The translations under genes were made by a program, and so were the position numbers. A DNA stretch of 64,000 nucleotides from Octopus vulgaris (Eukaryota). The notes beneath the pieces were generated by a model, which worked only from the letters and a program-made list of their open reading frames with translations, did no database searches and was not told the DNA's origin. Position 1 is the stretch's first letter. The number at the start of each line of letters is the position of its first letter. Below, piece after piece: positions 42,653-58,749 of this stretch. The stretch spans positions 31,868,001-31,932,000 of the forward strand of contig OX597824.1 in the NCBI GenBank assembly GCA_951406725.2, read 5' to 3'.

Positions 42653-42705
<53 letters not shown>

Positions 42706-42725
42706 CACATACATATATATATATA

Positions 42726-43900
42726 CTAGCAGTATCGCCCGGCGTTGCTCGGGTTTGTAAGGGAAATAACTATATAAGCATTTTTAGAGAGTTATAGCCA
42801 AAAAATAGCAAAAAAATGCATTAAAAATTTTTAAAAGTTTAAGGTAAATTTTTTTTTAAATCGTTGACACATCGTAGATATTTTTAGAGAGTTACTTCCC
42901 TTATATAAAAGCGAAAAAAATGCATTAAAATGGAAAAATATGATGGTAAATTTTTTTTAAATCGTAGACTCATCGTAGACGCGCGCTAATACCCAGAAGG
43001 GCTCGATATGAATCACGACTATAAGATACCCGCTTTTGGTTAAACTGCACCACAAAATGTGGGAGTAGTTATGAATCTAAATCGTAGGAGACAGACACAC
43101 AACTTCACTCTTATTTAAAGTTGCTTTTTTTTTCAGTCATAGAGTTAGATTTATGAAGGTCTCCAGTAGAAAATCCTTCGAATTCTGACTCGCTGCTTGA
43201 TATAATGAAATTCGTATCCATTTTTTGTCAGAATTACAAATTTTGAAAACACAATAGGAACAAATTTCGGAAAAAAATCTCCCATAATTCACGGAATTAA
43301 AATTACACTTCGATTTTTGTACAAAACTGTATTTGAAGTGTTTACGAAGTATAATACGTGTTTTCACGAATGTACTAAAGAGATTTACTCTGATATTCTC
43401 ATTTAAATATGAATAGGTAAATTCGGGCGGTTTGGTAACGAAAGGATTTATATAAGTGTCGTCTGTTTATACATAAACACTGTTTCATACTTTCAGTTTA
43501 GTCTTCCTCAAATCACTCTGTCGCTATTTACTCTCTTCCAAGAACATTTTCACTCACTGTTATCTGTTAGCTTGCCATACATTTTACTCATGTATCTATC
43601 AGCGTGATAGACAGAAACAAATATTACATCTAGTTTCACTTTATTCGTTGCACACTGTGTGTGTGCGTTTGTGTGTGCTGTAAACCAGACTAAGAAAAGC
43701 ATTTGACATACACACCAGAATGTGAGTTTTCTGTAAATTTTGCTTAATTGGAGTTTAAATTTTAAAAACTGGACCTGGCAAAACCCGATGCATTCTACTC
43801 TTAAAAATGCTAGGTAAATTGTAATTGAAGAAATCCTATATTGTAGATTTCTATAACTGACAAAGGGAGGCAGATAAAATCTGCCTTTTATAATAAGAGA
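42726..43900 (-). mobile_element. Composite non-autonomous Helitron
   Basis: 5' TCTCTTATTATAAAAGG at 43900 and an internal family copy at about 43120-42726 that ends in hairpin + CTAG. Confidence 0.65.
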
Positions 43901-44331
43901 TATATATATATATATATTAGGGAACTATTAGACCTGACACCGTGTATTAGCCACTGTTTTCAAAGTGATGAATAGCTTTTTGCGGAAACCATGGTTCGCT
44001 TTGTTTTCTGACTTTATTATCATCCTATAATCATCTCCTAACAATGACTTTTATGACTTTTATTACTACCTCAGTCCATCTAAATGTATATATTTGTCGT
44101 TACCTGTTATAAAAAGTCTTTTTTATTTGCAATGAGCATTTTCATTGATTTTTCATCTTTTACTCTTACATTTCCACGTGTATTTTATAATTTCTTTTTG
44201 TGACATATTTCTACTATATATATATATCTTTATATGTGTGTAAATATAATATTATATATATAAGAATTTTTTTGCGTAATGAGATAAAAAAACCAAGGCT
44301 GTGTAGATATTAGAACATTTATAGATAGAAA

Positions 44332-44383
44332 GTCTTACACCTGTTTCCAGGATATTTGTTAATTATATCCCTTCATCAGAGAC
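44332..44383 (-). ncRNA. Type I hammerhead ribozyme, tandem copy 1
   Basis: gtct CTGATGA agggatat-aattaacaa-atatcctg GAAAC AGGT GTA^ agac. Confidence 0.78.
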
Positions 44384-44687
44384 GGTGTGAGAGGATGGTT
44401 AAGTCATAATTAGTTTAGATGTGATACAAAATAGAGAGTGAGGTGGAAGAATGAAAATTGATGCAAGATATGTAGGGATATTGAAGTTTTAGATCCATTT
44501 TTTAAGGCAGAATTGTATATATGTCATATTCCAATACCCTATGAGTAAAGTCCAAAAGTCCAACAGAGTTTTAAATGGGTCCTTCCAAATATAGAGTTTA
44601 TACACTATGTATGATTCCCTTATGAATGAGATCTAGCAGTTTTTGAAGTTGGTCATGTATTACAACACATATTTTTGATATATATAA

Positions 44688-44726
<39 letters not shown>

Positions 44727-44949
44727 TTTGTATCTATGTATGCATTTATATGTGGATGTATGTATGCATTCTGTTATTTTAGTTTAGGGGTAACTTTAAC
44801 TAATATACTTAGTAGCAAAGTTGTGAAAGAAAACATTTTGTGTAAATATAATATAATATATATATATATATATATATATAAGAATTTTTTTGCGTAATGA
44901 GATAAAAAAACCAAGGCTGTGTAGATATTAGAACATTTATAGATAGAAA

Positions 44950-45001
44950 GTCTTACACCTGTTTCCAGGATATTTGTTAATTATATCCCTTCATCAGAGA
45001 C
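44950..45001 (-). ncRNA. Type I hammerhead ribozyme, tandem copy 2
   Basis: Identical to 44332-44383. Confidence 0.78.
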
Positions 45002-45306
45002 GGTGTGAGAGGATGGTTAAGTCATAATTAGTTTAGATGTGATACAAAATAGAGAGTGAGGTGGAAGAATGAAAATTGATGCAAGATATGTAGGGATATT
45101 GAAGTTTTAGATCCATTTTTTTAAGGCAGAATTGTATATATGTCATATTCCAATACCCTATGAGTAAAGTCCAAAAGTCCAACAGAGTTTTAAATGGGTC
45201 CTTCCAAATATAGAGTTTATACACTATGTATGATTCCCTTATGAATGAGATCTAGCAGTTTTTGAAGTTGGTCATGTATTACAACACATATTTTTGATAT
45301 ATATAA

Positions 45307-45345
<39 letters not shown>

Positions 45346-45852
45346 TTTGTATCTATGTATGCATTTATATGTGGATGTATGTATGCATTCTGTTATTTTA
45401 GTTTAGGGGTAACTTTAACTAATCATCTACTTAGTAGCAAAGTTGTGAAAGAAGACATTTTGTGCATTTATCCTTTAAAACTTAAGTGGGTTCACAGATT
45501 TTTATTGTCTCAGTTATCACGATCATTTGCAGTTTATAAATGAAGGAGCTGTGTTCTCTCCACAAGAACCAAGAACTTTGCTCCAGACAGGATGGTGTAT
45601 ATCCTGTTGCTCTAATTATTTTAGGTATAAAACTGAAATATTAGGTACTGTTCTTTCTGTCAAGTACAAAGTTTGTTAATGAAAAACTGAATGGATATAA
45701 GATTTTCTACTGTGTTACTAGCTTTAACTAGATATAGTTAGTATGTGTGTAGTTATACAGTTATTACAATAACTTTTACTCCTTTGTCTTTTTAAGCATT
45801 AAAAATGCATTGAATAACTGAGAGAAAGGGTAAATGATTAGAGAATTTTTAC

Positions 45853-45924
45853 CAGTGAATTGGTTCTGTGTTCAGGATTTGACTTCAAACCAGTAAGAAT
45901 TCCAAGTATTCCAACTGCAATAAT
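45853..45924 (-). CDS. MS4A-like gene, coding exon 2 (IIAVGILGILTGLKSNPEHRTNSL)
   Basis: gttttgtttag acceptor, 72 nt, GTAAAA donor, phase 0-0. Joins exon 1 to give W-II-x-GILGI, typical of CD20-family TM2. Confidence 0.85.
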
Positions 45925-47656
45925 CTAAACAAAACAAATATTATGCAATAAAATAATCTGCAGAGAAAAATTGGAAATATTAAAATAAATGCGAAATTTT
46001 AAACTAAAGTATTAACGAATTGAAAATAGCATCAAAAATAATAAATAACATAAATATATATTTTGCCTTCATCCACCATACTCCATCCAGATTGACTGTT
46101 AAAAGAACGTTAGTGTTTTCTTGATACCATTATAGCTCACTGCTACTTTCCAATAACTCATACCACCTTCTGAGATAATTCAGGGATCTTCAAGGTGGTT
46201 TTTCATTTCTCAAATTCCATATAGGTGATAGAGCCAAATTTATTTTTTGGCATCTCTCTGTGGTCAAGTTTATCTGTCAACAGCAATGTGTTGCAAGAAC
46301 ACAGCCGGACCCTTTACTTGTACTAATAAATAAAGCTGAAGGGTAACCTATATTAGCAAACTGTTTATACATATGGGAATGTGATGCTGCTGTGACATGA
46401 AAATGTCCAAGAATACATTAAAAGGAAATCATAAGCGATTTGACTGGTTAGTAAATACTTCTTCATAAATTCACTACATCAATCTGTTTAGATGGTTTGT
46501 TTCTTCTTCATCTACATACTATAAAGAACTGTTCCAAACTTACAAGCAATGGCCTACTTCTACTTCAGCCCACCTAATGTAGTTATTTATCTTCTAGTGT
46601 CCTGATGGTGTCTGAGTCATAAATCTTCTACTAAATAATTTGCTCCATCATTCCTCATTCGAACTCTTTCATTCTGAAATATCTGTTCTACAGAAGTTAA
46701 AGTTTTACATTAACTGCTTTAATTTTACCAGTCTGAGAGAGCCTCCATGGAGAAAAACTTCCCCATTCACAGCTCACTTTGCACTCAACTTCATACTATG
46801 CATACTTGATCCATCTCCTTTAACCCTAACACTTTCCACTCTACCAACATCTCAACCTTGCATACAACTATGCCATGTACAAAAATACTCTTGATTGCTT
46901 CAAACTAGTAAGGCCACTGATACTGACAAGGTCCCATCTGTTACATTCAGTTACATTTTACACCGGATCTTAGAACTTGCTCTTGTACTCCACAAACTCC
47001 CTTGAAACATGCTATAGTGTGTGCCATTTCTAAGAATGGTAATTCCACTGACTCATCAACCTCCATCTTATTTCACTTACTTAATTATTTTTATGGTTAC
47101 AGAGATGACTACTAAAAGTGACACTCTCTAACATCTTGAATGTCCCTCTCTCCCTCTATCTCCTCATTGACCACCAGTATGGCATCTGTAGAACCAAATC
47201 TATCAGAGAACTATCCAAGGGATTTCATTTTAGGTTCAGTGAAAATAATCTGAAGGTTTTTGCTCTAGGGTTTTACCCTGCTGGCCAGCATGTGAATCTC
47301 CTGTTGTATCATCCCACTTACAAGCACAATCCATCTCTCCTCTCATAAATCTGTAGCTTTGTAGATGATCACACAGTCATGGGAATGTGATAATGAAGCA
47401 TTTATTGTCTAACTCTCAACCAATCAGATATGCCCCAGGATTCAGTTTTGTTCCCTAAACTCTTCGCTCCATACATCAATCATCATTTACTGTTACATTC
47501 AGTAATACTCACTCAAATTATAACTCTTCATTCCTCTTTAACTTTTCCAACCATGCATCATCCATACACAATCTAGAAAAAACATGTTGAATATGCACAT
47601 ATTCTATGAATGGAGATCTCATATGTCACCTCCATAGAAGCCGAAACAGTATTATT

Positions 47657-47956
47657 TGTTGTTCCTTCTCGATCCATGCTTGGCTCATAAGGGCTGGTTT
47701 CCCGGTTTCTTGGTGTATAGGTTCCCCACCTGGACGGGATACCAGTCCATCGCAGTTGAGCTGCAAGATGCAGGAGGAAAGAGTGAGAGAAAGTTGTGGC
47801 GAAAGAGTCAGCAGAAGTTTTGCCATTACCTTCTGCCGGAGCCACATGCAGCTTAGGTGTTTCGCTCATAAACACACACATCGTCCAGTCTGAGATTCGA
47901 ACCCGCGATCCCTCGACCATGATTCCGCTGCTCTAACCACTAGGCCATGTGCCTCC
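47657..47956 (-). mobile_element. tRNA-derived SINE family D
   Basis: Head ggaggcacatggcctagtggttagagc..gggttcgaatc (A and B boxes). Confidence 0.8.
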
Positions 47957-48958
47957 AAAGAGTATTGTACTATAGCCTCAACTACAATCTTCACAATTGC
48001 TCTAATTGTTGGGTCCAACTATCACTGAAGACCTTTCCTTAACATAGCTAGGATTGTATGCCAAATACTGACCATTCTTTTCTGGGCTACAAAATATTTC
48101 TGCCTCAACAACTGCCGACACTTTACAAAGCTCAACTGAGGATTACAATGAAGTATTACTCTCATCTGGGACTGTGTTTCTGCTACATATATTCACATTC
48201 TGGACCATATTCAGAGAAGAAAAAGCCCTAGATCAACAAGCATAAAATCAGGCACAGATATGTTCTAACCTTTGGCACACTGGTGTACTATATCTTCTCT
48301 TATCTGGGACAGTGTTCCTGCTATGTATACTGAATCTCTGGACCAATATGTGGTCCCCAAATAGTCTGTAAGGGAATTAGGTCTCAAATAAAACTAACAC
48401 TGACTATGATGACCCATCCAGCCAATACCAGCATGCAAAAGCAGAGGTAAAATGAAGAAAATGGCTTAAATATTTTAGCAAATAAACAATGAAAAATGAA
48501 TTAAAGTAGAAATTTGAATCCTTTTCTACCAATAAAATACAATTATTATTTCCATGGAATATGAGGCATTCCCAAAATAAATTAAATAAACACTTGGTGT
48601 CATCATTATCAGCCAAAGGCATTACTTTATGGATATTTTAAACCTGTGAATTCATTTGTTATCCTAGGATATTTGAAACAGTTTGATTTCTACTGTAAGA
48701 TATTTTATTGCATGTTCAGTTTGGGAGTACTCCAAACCATTTTGGGTAGGTTTCAATTAGTCTTAACTATCAGCCTATGACCCCAACATCAAAAATGGTA
48801 GTATTGGTACCTCATAACAAATAAAGAAGAAACAGTTTGAAAACTAAGTCAAAAGTTCAAAGGTTTTTTTTTCCATCAATAAAAACAACTGAAAAATTTA
48901 GTTGTATCAATACATCTTTGATCAATATAAAACTGTCACAAAGAACACCAATACTTAC

Positions 48959-49162
48959 CCATAGACTTGCAGTAAATGATCCAGCAGCAATCCTTACAGA
49001 CAGATCATCATAAAGATAACTATCATAATAAGAACCATGGTAAATGTTGTAGTATCTGTGTGTTGTAAAACCGATTATTGAACAAATGAGACAAAATATT
49101 CCAAGAGTCAAATGCATTGCTCCCGTTATTGTCATCGCAAGGTAGTTGAAACCAACAATCAT
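48959..49162 (-). CDS. CD20/MS4A-like tetraspan membrane protein, coding exon 1 (68 aa)
   Basis: Acceptor tttctttatatttag ends at 49176, ATG at 49162. Reads MIVGFNYLAMTITGAMHLTLGIFCLICSIIGF...AAGSFTASLW, followed by donor GTAAGT at 48958. Contains hydrophobic TM1 and the start of TM2. Confidence 0.88.
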
Positions 49163-49776
49163 CTTGAGTGCTTATCTAAATATAAAGAAAAGTTTAAAAT
49201 TTTAGCTATGAACAATGTAACTTTTGCTGTTGTTTCTCAAATAATCTCAACTTACAAATATTATCGAGTGAACTTGCTTGTTTGAAGCACCAGGATATTT
49301 ATTATCAAGATTAAAAAGAAAGAAAAAAATGAAAAATAAGTAACTTAAATTACTTGACTACCTATAAGTTGATAGCAAAGCTTTACATGACTACAATAGT
49401 CACTTCACTGGTGAAATAGTAAGCCCGCCCATGACACTTAGCTCTTCTCATTTTCTTGTATCTTCTGTGAGTTACTCACACTGACTTTGTATCAAACATT
49501 TTCAAACTTTTGGATAAACTCTTTTCTTAATCATATTTTCTTTACAGAATTTGACATTTAAAATTCCAAATTCAGCATATGCAAATTTCTCTAGCCTGAG
49601 AATGATTGCAAGCTGGTTTGAGATTTGATCTGTTTCTCCTGGACTAAATAATGAAAAATATTTGCTGACATTGTGAAGATCTTTAAAGTTAGTGTTAGAA
49701 AGATGAGAAACAGTGCCAAGATATGCAGTAGATATGGTAATGTTTAACATCAGTCTGACACAAACGATACACATAT

Positions 49777-50175
49777 AGGCACAGGAGTGGCTGTGTGGTA
49801 AGTAGCTTGCTAACCAACCACATGGTTCCGGGTTCAGTCCCACTGCGTGGCATCTTGGGCAAGTGTCTTCTGCTATAGCCCCGGGCCGACCAATGCCTTG
49901 TGAGTGGATTTGGTAGATAGAAACTGAAAGAAGCCTGTCATATATGTATATATATGTATATGTATGTGTGTGTTTGTCCCCCTAGCATTGCTTGACAACC
50001 AATGCTGGTGTGTTTACGTCCCCGTCACTTAGCGGTTCGGCGAAAGAGACCGATAGAATAAGTACTGGGCTTACAAAGAATAAATCTCGGGGTCAATTTG
50101 CTCGACTAAAGGCGGTGCTCCAGCATGGCCACAGTCAAATGACTGAAACAAGTAAAAGAGTAAAAGAGTAAAAGG
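49777..50175 (+). mobile_element. tRNA-derived CORE-type SINE (family A), full length
   Basis: A box tggctgtgtgg, B box ggttcagtccc, CORE-like cttgggcaagtgtctt, internal TA/TG tract, (gtaaaaga)n tail. Confidence 0.85.
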
Positions 50176-51937
50176 GTAGATGTAGTTTTGGGGATAAGAA
50201 ATCTTCTTTGTGAGATTAGTTTGAAGAAGTACAAGAAATTTAGGTATCCGTGAGTTTACTAACTGACATAGAAGAAAAGGAAAAGAAAAATTGAAAAATT
50301 AGTTGCTCAATTCATCTAACATTAGTAAAAAAAATATCTTCACATCTGGTGAGCCCATGCCTTAGTTTTATAGCAAGTAAATCTCATCTTGTAAAGTTTG
50401 CTGTTATCCCATATAGAAACATAGTCAGTTGTCACTACTTACTATATTTGCTCACGCTTGGTAAAACTTTTCTCACTCTATTGCTTTCCACAACCCCAAT
50501 CTCACCACCTTGCATACATACACACTAGGTGTGAAAAAAAAAATCTCCAGGTGCTTCAAACAAGCAAGTTCACCAGCCCTAACAACGATCTTCTATTAAT
50601 TTTAAAGAAGTTCAAACAGGGTCAACTCATATACCCACCAAACCCTTTAGTCTTTCATTCTGTACTGGGATATGTTTTGATCTTCAAAAACATGTTGTCA
50701 TGAGCCCAAATTTTAGATAGGCAACACACTTCAATCTGTTAACTATCATCTTATATCTCAAAGGTAACGTGTAAACGATTTATAATGATGTTCTCTAACA
50801 CCTTGAATCTTTTTATCACTTTAAAGGTCATCAGTATGGATTCCATAAAATTTGATCCTCAGGGACCAACTCTCTTACTCATAGTTCAGGTCTTTTCCTT
50901 CACATCAGAGAAGTTCAAACAAAAGCTTCCTTAAGCCAAATTTCTAGATAAACTTGCTAACATTTCAGGTAAAACTTGATTTGCATATGTTCTTTGAATG
51001 CTAGCATCTTTTAGAGATTTTAGTTGTCTGACATTCAGGACTTTGTTAGAACTGTAGCTCAAAATTTACCAACTGTTGTTACCCTTGACATCAGCTGAAC
51101 ATTTGATTTTGTTTGACAAATGATTCCTCCACCAAAAGTGTTCACCTATGGTCTCCATAAGTGTGGGCCTTCACCAATCAAGCACCATCTATAAATAATC
51201 TGTACATCACATGCCTAACTTATACTAGCTTTTGCTCCATAAACAGAAACTACAAAAGCATCTCCAATAGGGACACAGCAAAACAACACAAGTACCTACA
51301 TAAAAAAAAAACATCATTACACTTGTCCCTCACCCTTAAAATGAGCACACATCCATACATAAGAGATGCACATACATTGTCACACAAACCCATGCACAGA
51401 CACACTTAAACAATCACACACAAGGAAACAGAGGTACACATACACACACAGACACACACACGCACATACAAACACACACAACATAAACACACAAGTACAT
51501 TGATATGCAGAATACATACATACAAATGTGCACTCAAGCATACACACACATACATACACACATATATGCATACATAGATACATATGTATATATGCACCTA
51601 CACTGACGCACATGCTTGCATACAGAAAAACAGAAACACAATTCCAATAATGGACAAAGGCTGCATGATGAAAATTTTAGTAGAAAATAAATAAATGAGT
51701 GGAAATTGGACTGGTGAGTGTGTTGAATTAATATGGCAATAAAAGAGAATGACTCTCCCTAGACACAATTATAAATATATATACATACATACATACACAT
51801 ATATATATTAGAAGAAATGAGGTACTCATATATATATATATATATATATATATCTTTATGATATATGTATGTAATATATATATACATATATTATATATTA
51901 TACATATTATTCATTCATTTTTTTTCATTTATTAATT

Positions 51938-52328
51938 TACTTGTTTCAGTCATTTGACTGTGGCCATGCTGGAGCACCGCCTTTAGTCGAGCAAATTGAC
52001 TCCAGGACTTATTCCCTGTAAGCCTAGTACTTATTCTATCAGTCTCTTTTGCTGAACCGCTAAGTTACGGGGACGTAAACACACCAGCATCGGTTGTCAA
52101 GTGATGTTGGGGGAGGGGGACAAACACAACACACAAACATACATACATATATATATACATATATACGATGGGCTTCTTTCAGTTTCTGTCTACCAAATCC
52201 ACTCACAAGGCTTTGGTCAGCCCGAGGCTATAGCAGAAGACACTTGCCCAAGGTGCCACACAGTGGGACTAAACCCAGAACCATGTGGTTCGTAAGCAAG
52301 CTACTTACCACACAGCTACTCCTACGCC
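51938..52328 (-). mobile_element. SINE family A copy
   Basis: Reverse complement of 49777-50175. Partial copies also at 335-540(+), 3530-3620(-), 25930-26070(+), 41095-41190(-), 57056-57250(-) and 58790-58865(+). Confidence 0.85.
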
Positions 52329-52351
52329 TTTATATAAATTTATATAAATTT

Positions 52352-54983
<2,632 letters not shown>

Positions 54984-55249
54984 TATATATATCATATATA
55001 TATATATATATATAATCATCATTATCATCATCATTGTTTAACATCCGTTTTCCATGCTAGCATGGGTTGGATGAATTGACTTGGGTCTGGGAAGCCAGGA
55101 GGCTGCAGTCTGTTCTGGCAGTGTTTCTACTGCTGGATCCACTTCCAAACACCAACCACTCCGGAAGGGAATCCAGCTGTAGAAACACTGCCAGGTCAGA
55201 CTGGAGACTGGTGCAGCCTCCTGGCTTCCCAATATATTTTTTTTTTTTA

Positions 55250-56930
55250 ATTTTATTTTATCTAGTTTCAGATCACGAGCTGTGGCCATGCTGGGGCACC
55301 GCCATTTGGTGTTGCTACATGATTTTACTTCACGAATGCTCTTTAGCAACTGCCATTTGGTGCATGAGAGAGTTCGATGCAGCTGCCCTCATCTGCACCT
55401 CCTGCTGTGAAGTTGGTTCATCCGGGACACCTGACAGGAAGAGATCCAGTCCTACTTTAAAGACATCCGCATCCACCCCATGCAGGTCCCTCAGGCTCTT
55501 CGGGAGGACATTGAAGAGCTGTGGGCCTCTGAAGCCCAGGCTATTACAATATCTTGTCCTACATCTTGATGGCAAATTTGGAGTCCTTGGCACCACACAG
55601 TGGCGCCCAGTTCTGGCATTTGTGTAACTCTCGATGCCAAAGTTTGGGACAAGTCCCTCCAGGATCTTCCAGATGTATATTATGGCATATCTTTCTCACC
55701 TACGCTCCAAGGAATAGAGTTTTAATCTGTTGAGTCTTTCCCAGTAGCTTATATGCTGCACAGAGGCTATCTTCTTCGTGTAGCTTCGTTGGATCGCCTC
55801 AAGTTCTGTGATCAACTTGACACTGGATGGTGGCCATAGCTGAGAGCAATAGTCAAAGTAGCTTAGGACAAGTGTCTTCCAGAGGACCATCATGGTTTCT
55901 TGTTCTCTTGTTCTAAAGGTTCTAAGAATCCATCTGGCCAGCCGTCTACATGTCATTGCCAATTTAGCAACATGTACATGATAGGTTGCGTCATCACTCA
56001 TGTAAATACCCAGGTCACGCACTGATTGTACCTCTGGGATTGCAATCCCTCCGGGTCCAGTGTATTCATTGGGTATTGCATTTAGTTTTGCATACTGATA
56101 GCATAAAGCTTGAAACTTTTCAGCATTGAATTGCATGCTATTCTTTTAAGCCCACTTGTATATTTTGTCCAGCTCACATTGCAGGTGCTTAGTGTCTTCA
56201 GGGTTCTGTATTGCACGTGAAACTTTTGTATCATCTGCAAAACTTGTGATCGTGGCTCTCTGCGTGGCTGAGGGCATGTCTGAGAGGGCCATTATGAACA
56301 GTAGTGGTCCCAAAACAGTGCCCTGCGGAACACCGCTCACTATTTGCGTGTTAATGGTGCTACTACCACCTGACTTCTATCCTTCAGAAAGTCATGAAGC
56401 CATTCTCCCAATTTTCCAACTATGCCAAGATCACACAGTTTGTGACATATCATTCCATGATCGACTTTATCAAAGGCCTTTGCAAAGTCGAGATATATCA
56501 CTTCCACATTTGAGTGGTTGAGCAGTCATTTCAGCACCCAGTCATAGTGTTGTAGGAGCTGAGTTAGGCAGCTTCTTCCTGGTCGGAAACCATGTTGGGT
56601 GTCAGGCAGCAAGTCATTTTCTTCAAGGAAGGTGATTAGTTTCCTTCTGACTATTCGTTCCAAGACCTTGCTGATGTGTGAGGTCAGAGAGATAGGTCTG
56701 TAGTTCTTGGCCTCTGCTCTGTTACCTCCTTTATGAATAGGGCATATTTTACCTCCTTCAGTTTTCTTGGAAGTTTGCCAGTTGCAAGGAAGCTCTGAAA
56801 GAGGAACTGCAGTGGTCTTGCTAGGACTCTCTTACATACTTTTAGAAGGATTGCCGGGAATCCATCAGGGCCAGTAGCTGAGTTTGTTTTCATTTCATCT
56901 ATAGTCTTTATTACATCGTCTTTCTTTATT
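55250..56930 (-). mobile_element. 3' half of a related CR1/L2-group LINE
   Basis: ATGPDGFP, SGVPQGTVLGPLLF, FADDTK, RDLGI, DYCSQLW, LEAIQR, LYSLERR; 3' tail ggcggtgccccagcatggccacag...ctgaaactagataaaa. Confidence 0.9.
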
Positions 56931-57277
56931 GTATATAATGTATATAAATATATAATATATATATATCCTGTATATATATTATATATGTGTATATTTAATA
57001 TATATATATATATTATACATATACATAAATTGTATATATATTATACTTGTATCGCTTTTACTTATTTCAGTCATTTGACTGTGGCTATGCTGGAGAACCA
57101 CCTTTAGTCAAGCAAATTGATTCCAGAGCTTATTCTTTGTAAGCCTAGTACTTATTCTTTCAGTAACTTTTGCCTAACCGCTAAGTCACAAGGATGTAAA
57201 GATACCAACATCCGTTGTAAAATGATGGTGGGGGGAGAAACACACACACAAACATATACACACATACGTATATATAT

Positions 57278-57336
<59 letters not shown>

Positions 57337-57473
57337 TATATACAATAAGAGGCTTCCAAATAGGAAAGTGTTGTGCTAGAGAGAGTCATGACCGAAGGAG
57401 GTCTCAACAAGAATATATATATACATATATATATGAAAGAAGATTTGAAAATGCAATTTTAAAAGATGTTTAT

Positions 57474-57518
57474 TTACTTTACCGGTTTCACTCTTTGGAA
57501 AAAGATTGTCAAAAGTAA
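57474..57518 (-). ncRNA. Hammerhead-like motif with U3/A8 core
   Basis: ttactt TTGACAA tcttt-ttcc-aaaga gt GAAAC CG GTA^ aagtaa; 6-bp stem I and ACCGGT palindrome. Confidence 0.5.
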
Positions 57519-57721
57519 CTGGTAGAAGTTTGGTTGCGTTAATTATTGGTTGTTACAAAATGCTCTTTTTTTTCCAAAGTGTGAAACTGGTAAAGTAAAT
57601 AAACATCTTTTAAAATTGCATTTTCAAACCTTCTTTCGTATGTAATTCCACTCGTGCGGTACCCCTTTGTTATATACATATATATATATATTCTCAACAA
57701 GAATATATATATATATATATT

Positions 57722-58078
57722 CTTGTTGAGACCTCCTTCGGTCATGACTGACCATGGAATTGCAGCTAGAAAGTTACCCTCCCAAGCACAAGTCTGAGGC
57801 ACAAGTCTGGACAAGGTTGTTTATGGAAGACCATCAGTCGCCCATGCATACTGGCCTTCCCTGTCCACGCCACCAGTGTTATCCAAGGGAAAAGCAAAGG
57901 AGCCGATACAGCTTGGCACGTGTGACGTCGCAACTCATTTCTACTGCTGAGTGAACTGGAGCAATGTAAAATAAAGTGTCTTGCTCAAGAACACCTCACG
58001 CAGCCCAGTTCGGGATTCGAACTCACAACCTCACGATCGTAAACTCGACTCTCTAACCACTGAGCCATGCGCCTTCAC
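57722..58078 (-). mobile_element. SINE family E copy
   Basis: Colinear with 21481-21816; a related head and core at 7958-8270(+). Confidence 0.8.
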
Positions 58079-58700
58079 ATATATATATATATTATATACA
58101 TATATATATATGTAATATATATATATATTCCCTGTATCTCTCTCTCTCACTCTTCCTCCTTGACTCTCTCTTTGTTCACACATGACCAACAGCTATCCAT
58201 TTTCTTTCTTCCACTTCCTTCCTAAAAACGATGTGCTTTTACCTGTTTCTTCTCAAAGCTCGTTTTTCCAGCATTCACCACTTCACACTGTCTTGACTTA
58301 ACAGCCCTCACCGTTTGTTTTTACTACTTTGTTCTCACTGTCCTGTTTTTGTTACCACTTTCACCCTCCGCAAAAAATCCCAAATTTTATTTAATTGTTT
58401 TGCAAGAAGGACATTTTTAACGAAGCTGCGTCATGTCCCTACCTTTGAAACGCGGAGTAGATAAATCAATGGACAACTGATGAAGGGAATGTTATGATGA
58501 TTGTCCCGTTTCAATACTTATTTGTTTCGTTGTTCAAAAAAATGTTCATTTTCTATGTTTTTTTATGTTCTCTTTCTCTTTTTGTTCGTGTTTCTTTGAT
58601 GTCCTGTACCCATATAAGCATGTATGTATACATATGTATGTAGGTATGTACATATATGTATGTATGCATATACTTATATAATATTTATATATATATGTAA

Positions 58701-58749
<49 letters not shown>

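Larger units (their letters stand above)
44237..45464 (-). repeat. Two near-identical tandem units of about 618 bp, each with an HHR
   Basis: Direct duplication with offset 618; the units differ by small indels and a substitution near their ends. Confidence 0.9.

Noticed and set aside
47880-47956. tRNA gene (also at 6490-6565, 21750-21816 and 58000-58078)
   Set aside because: tRNA-like SINE heads that run into SINE bodies, without a proper acceptor stem.
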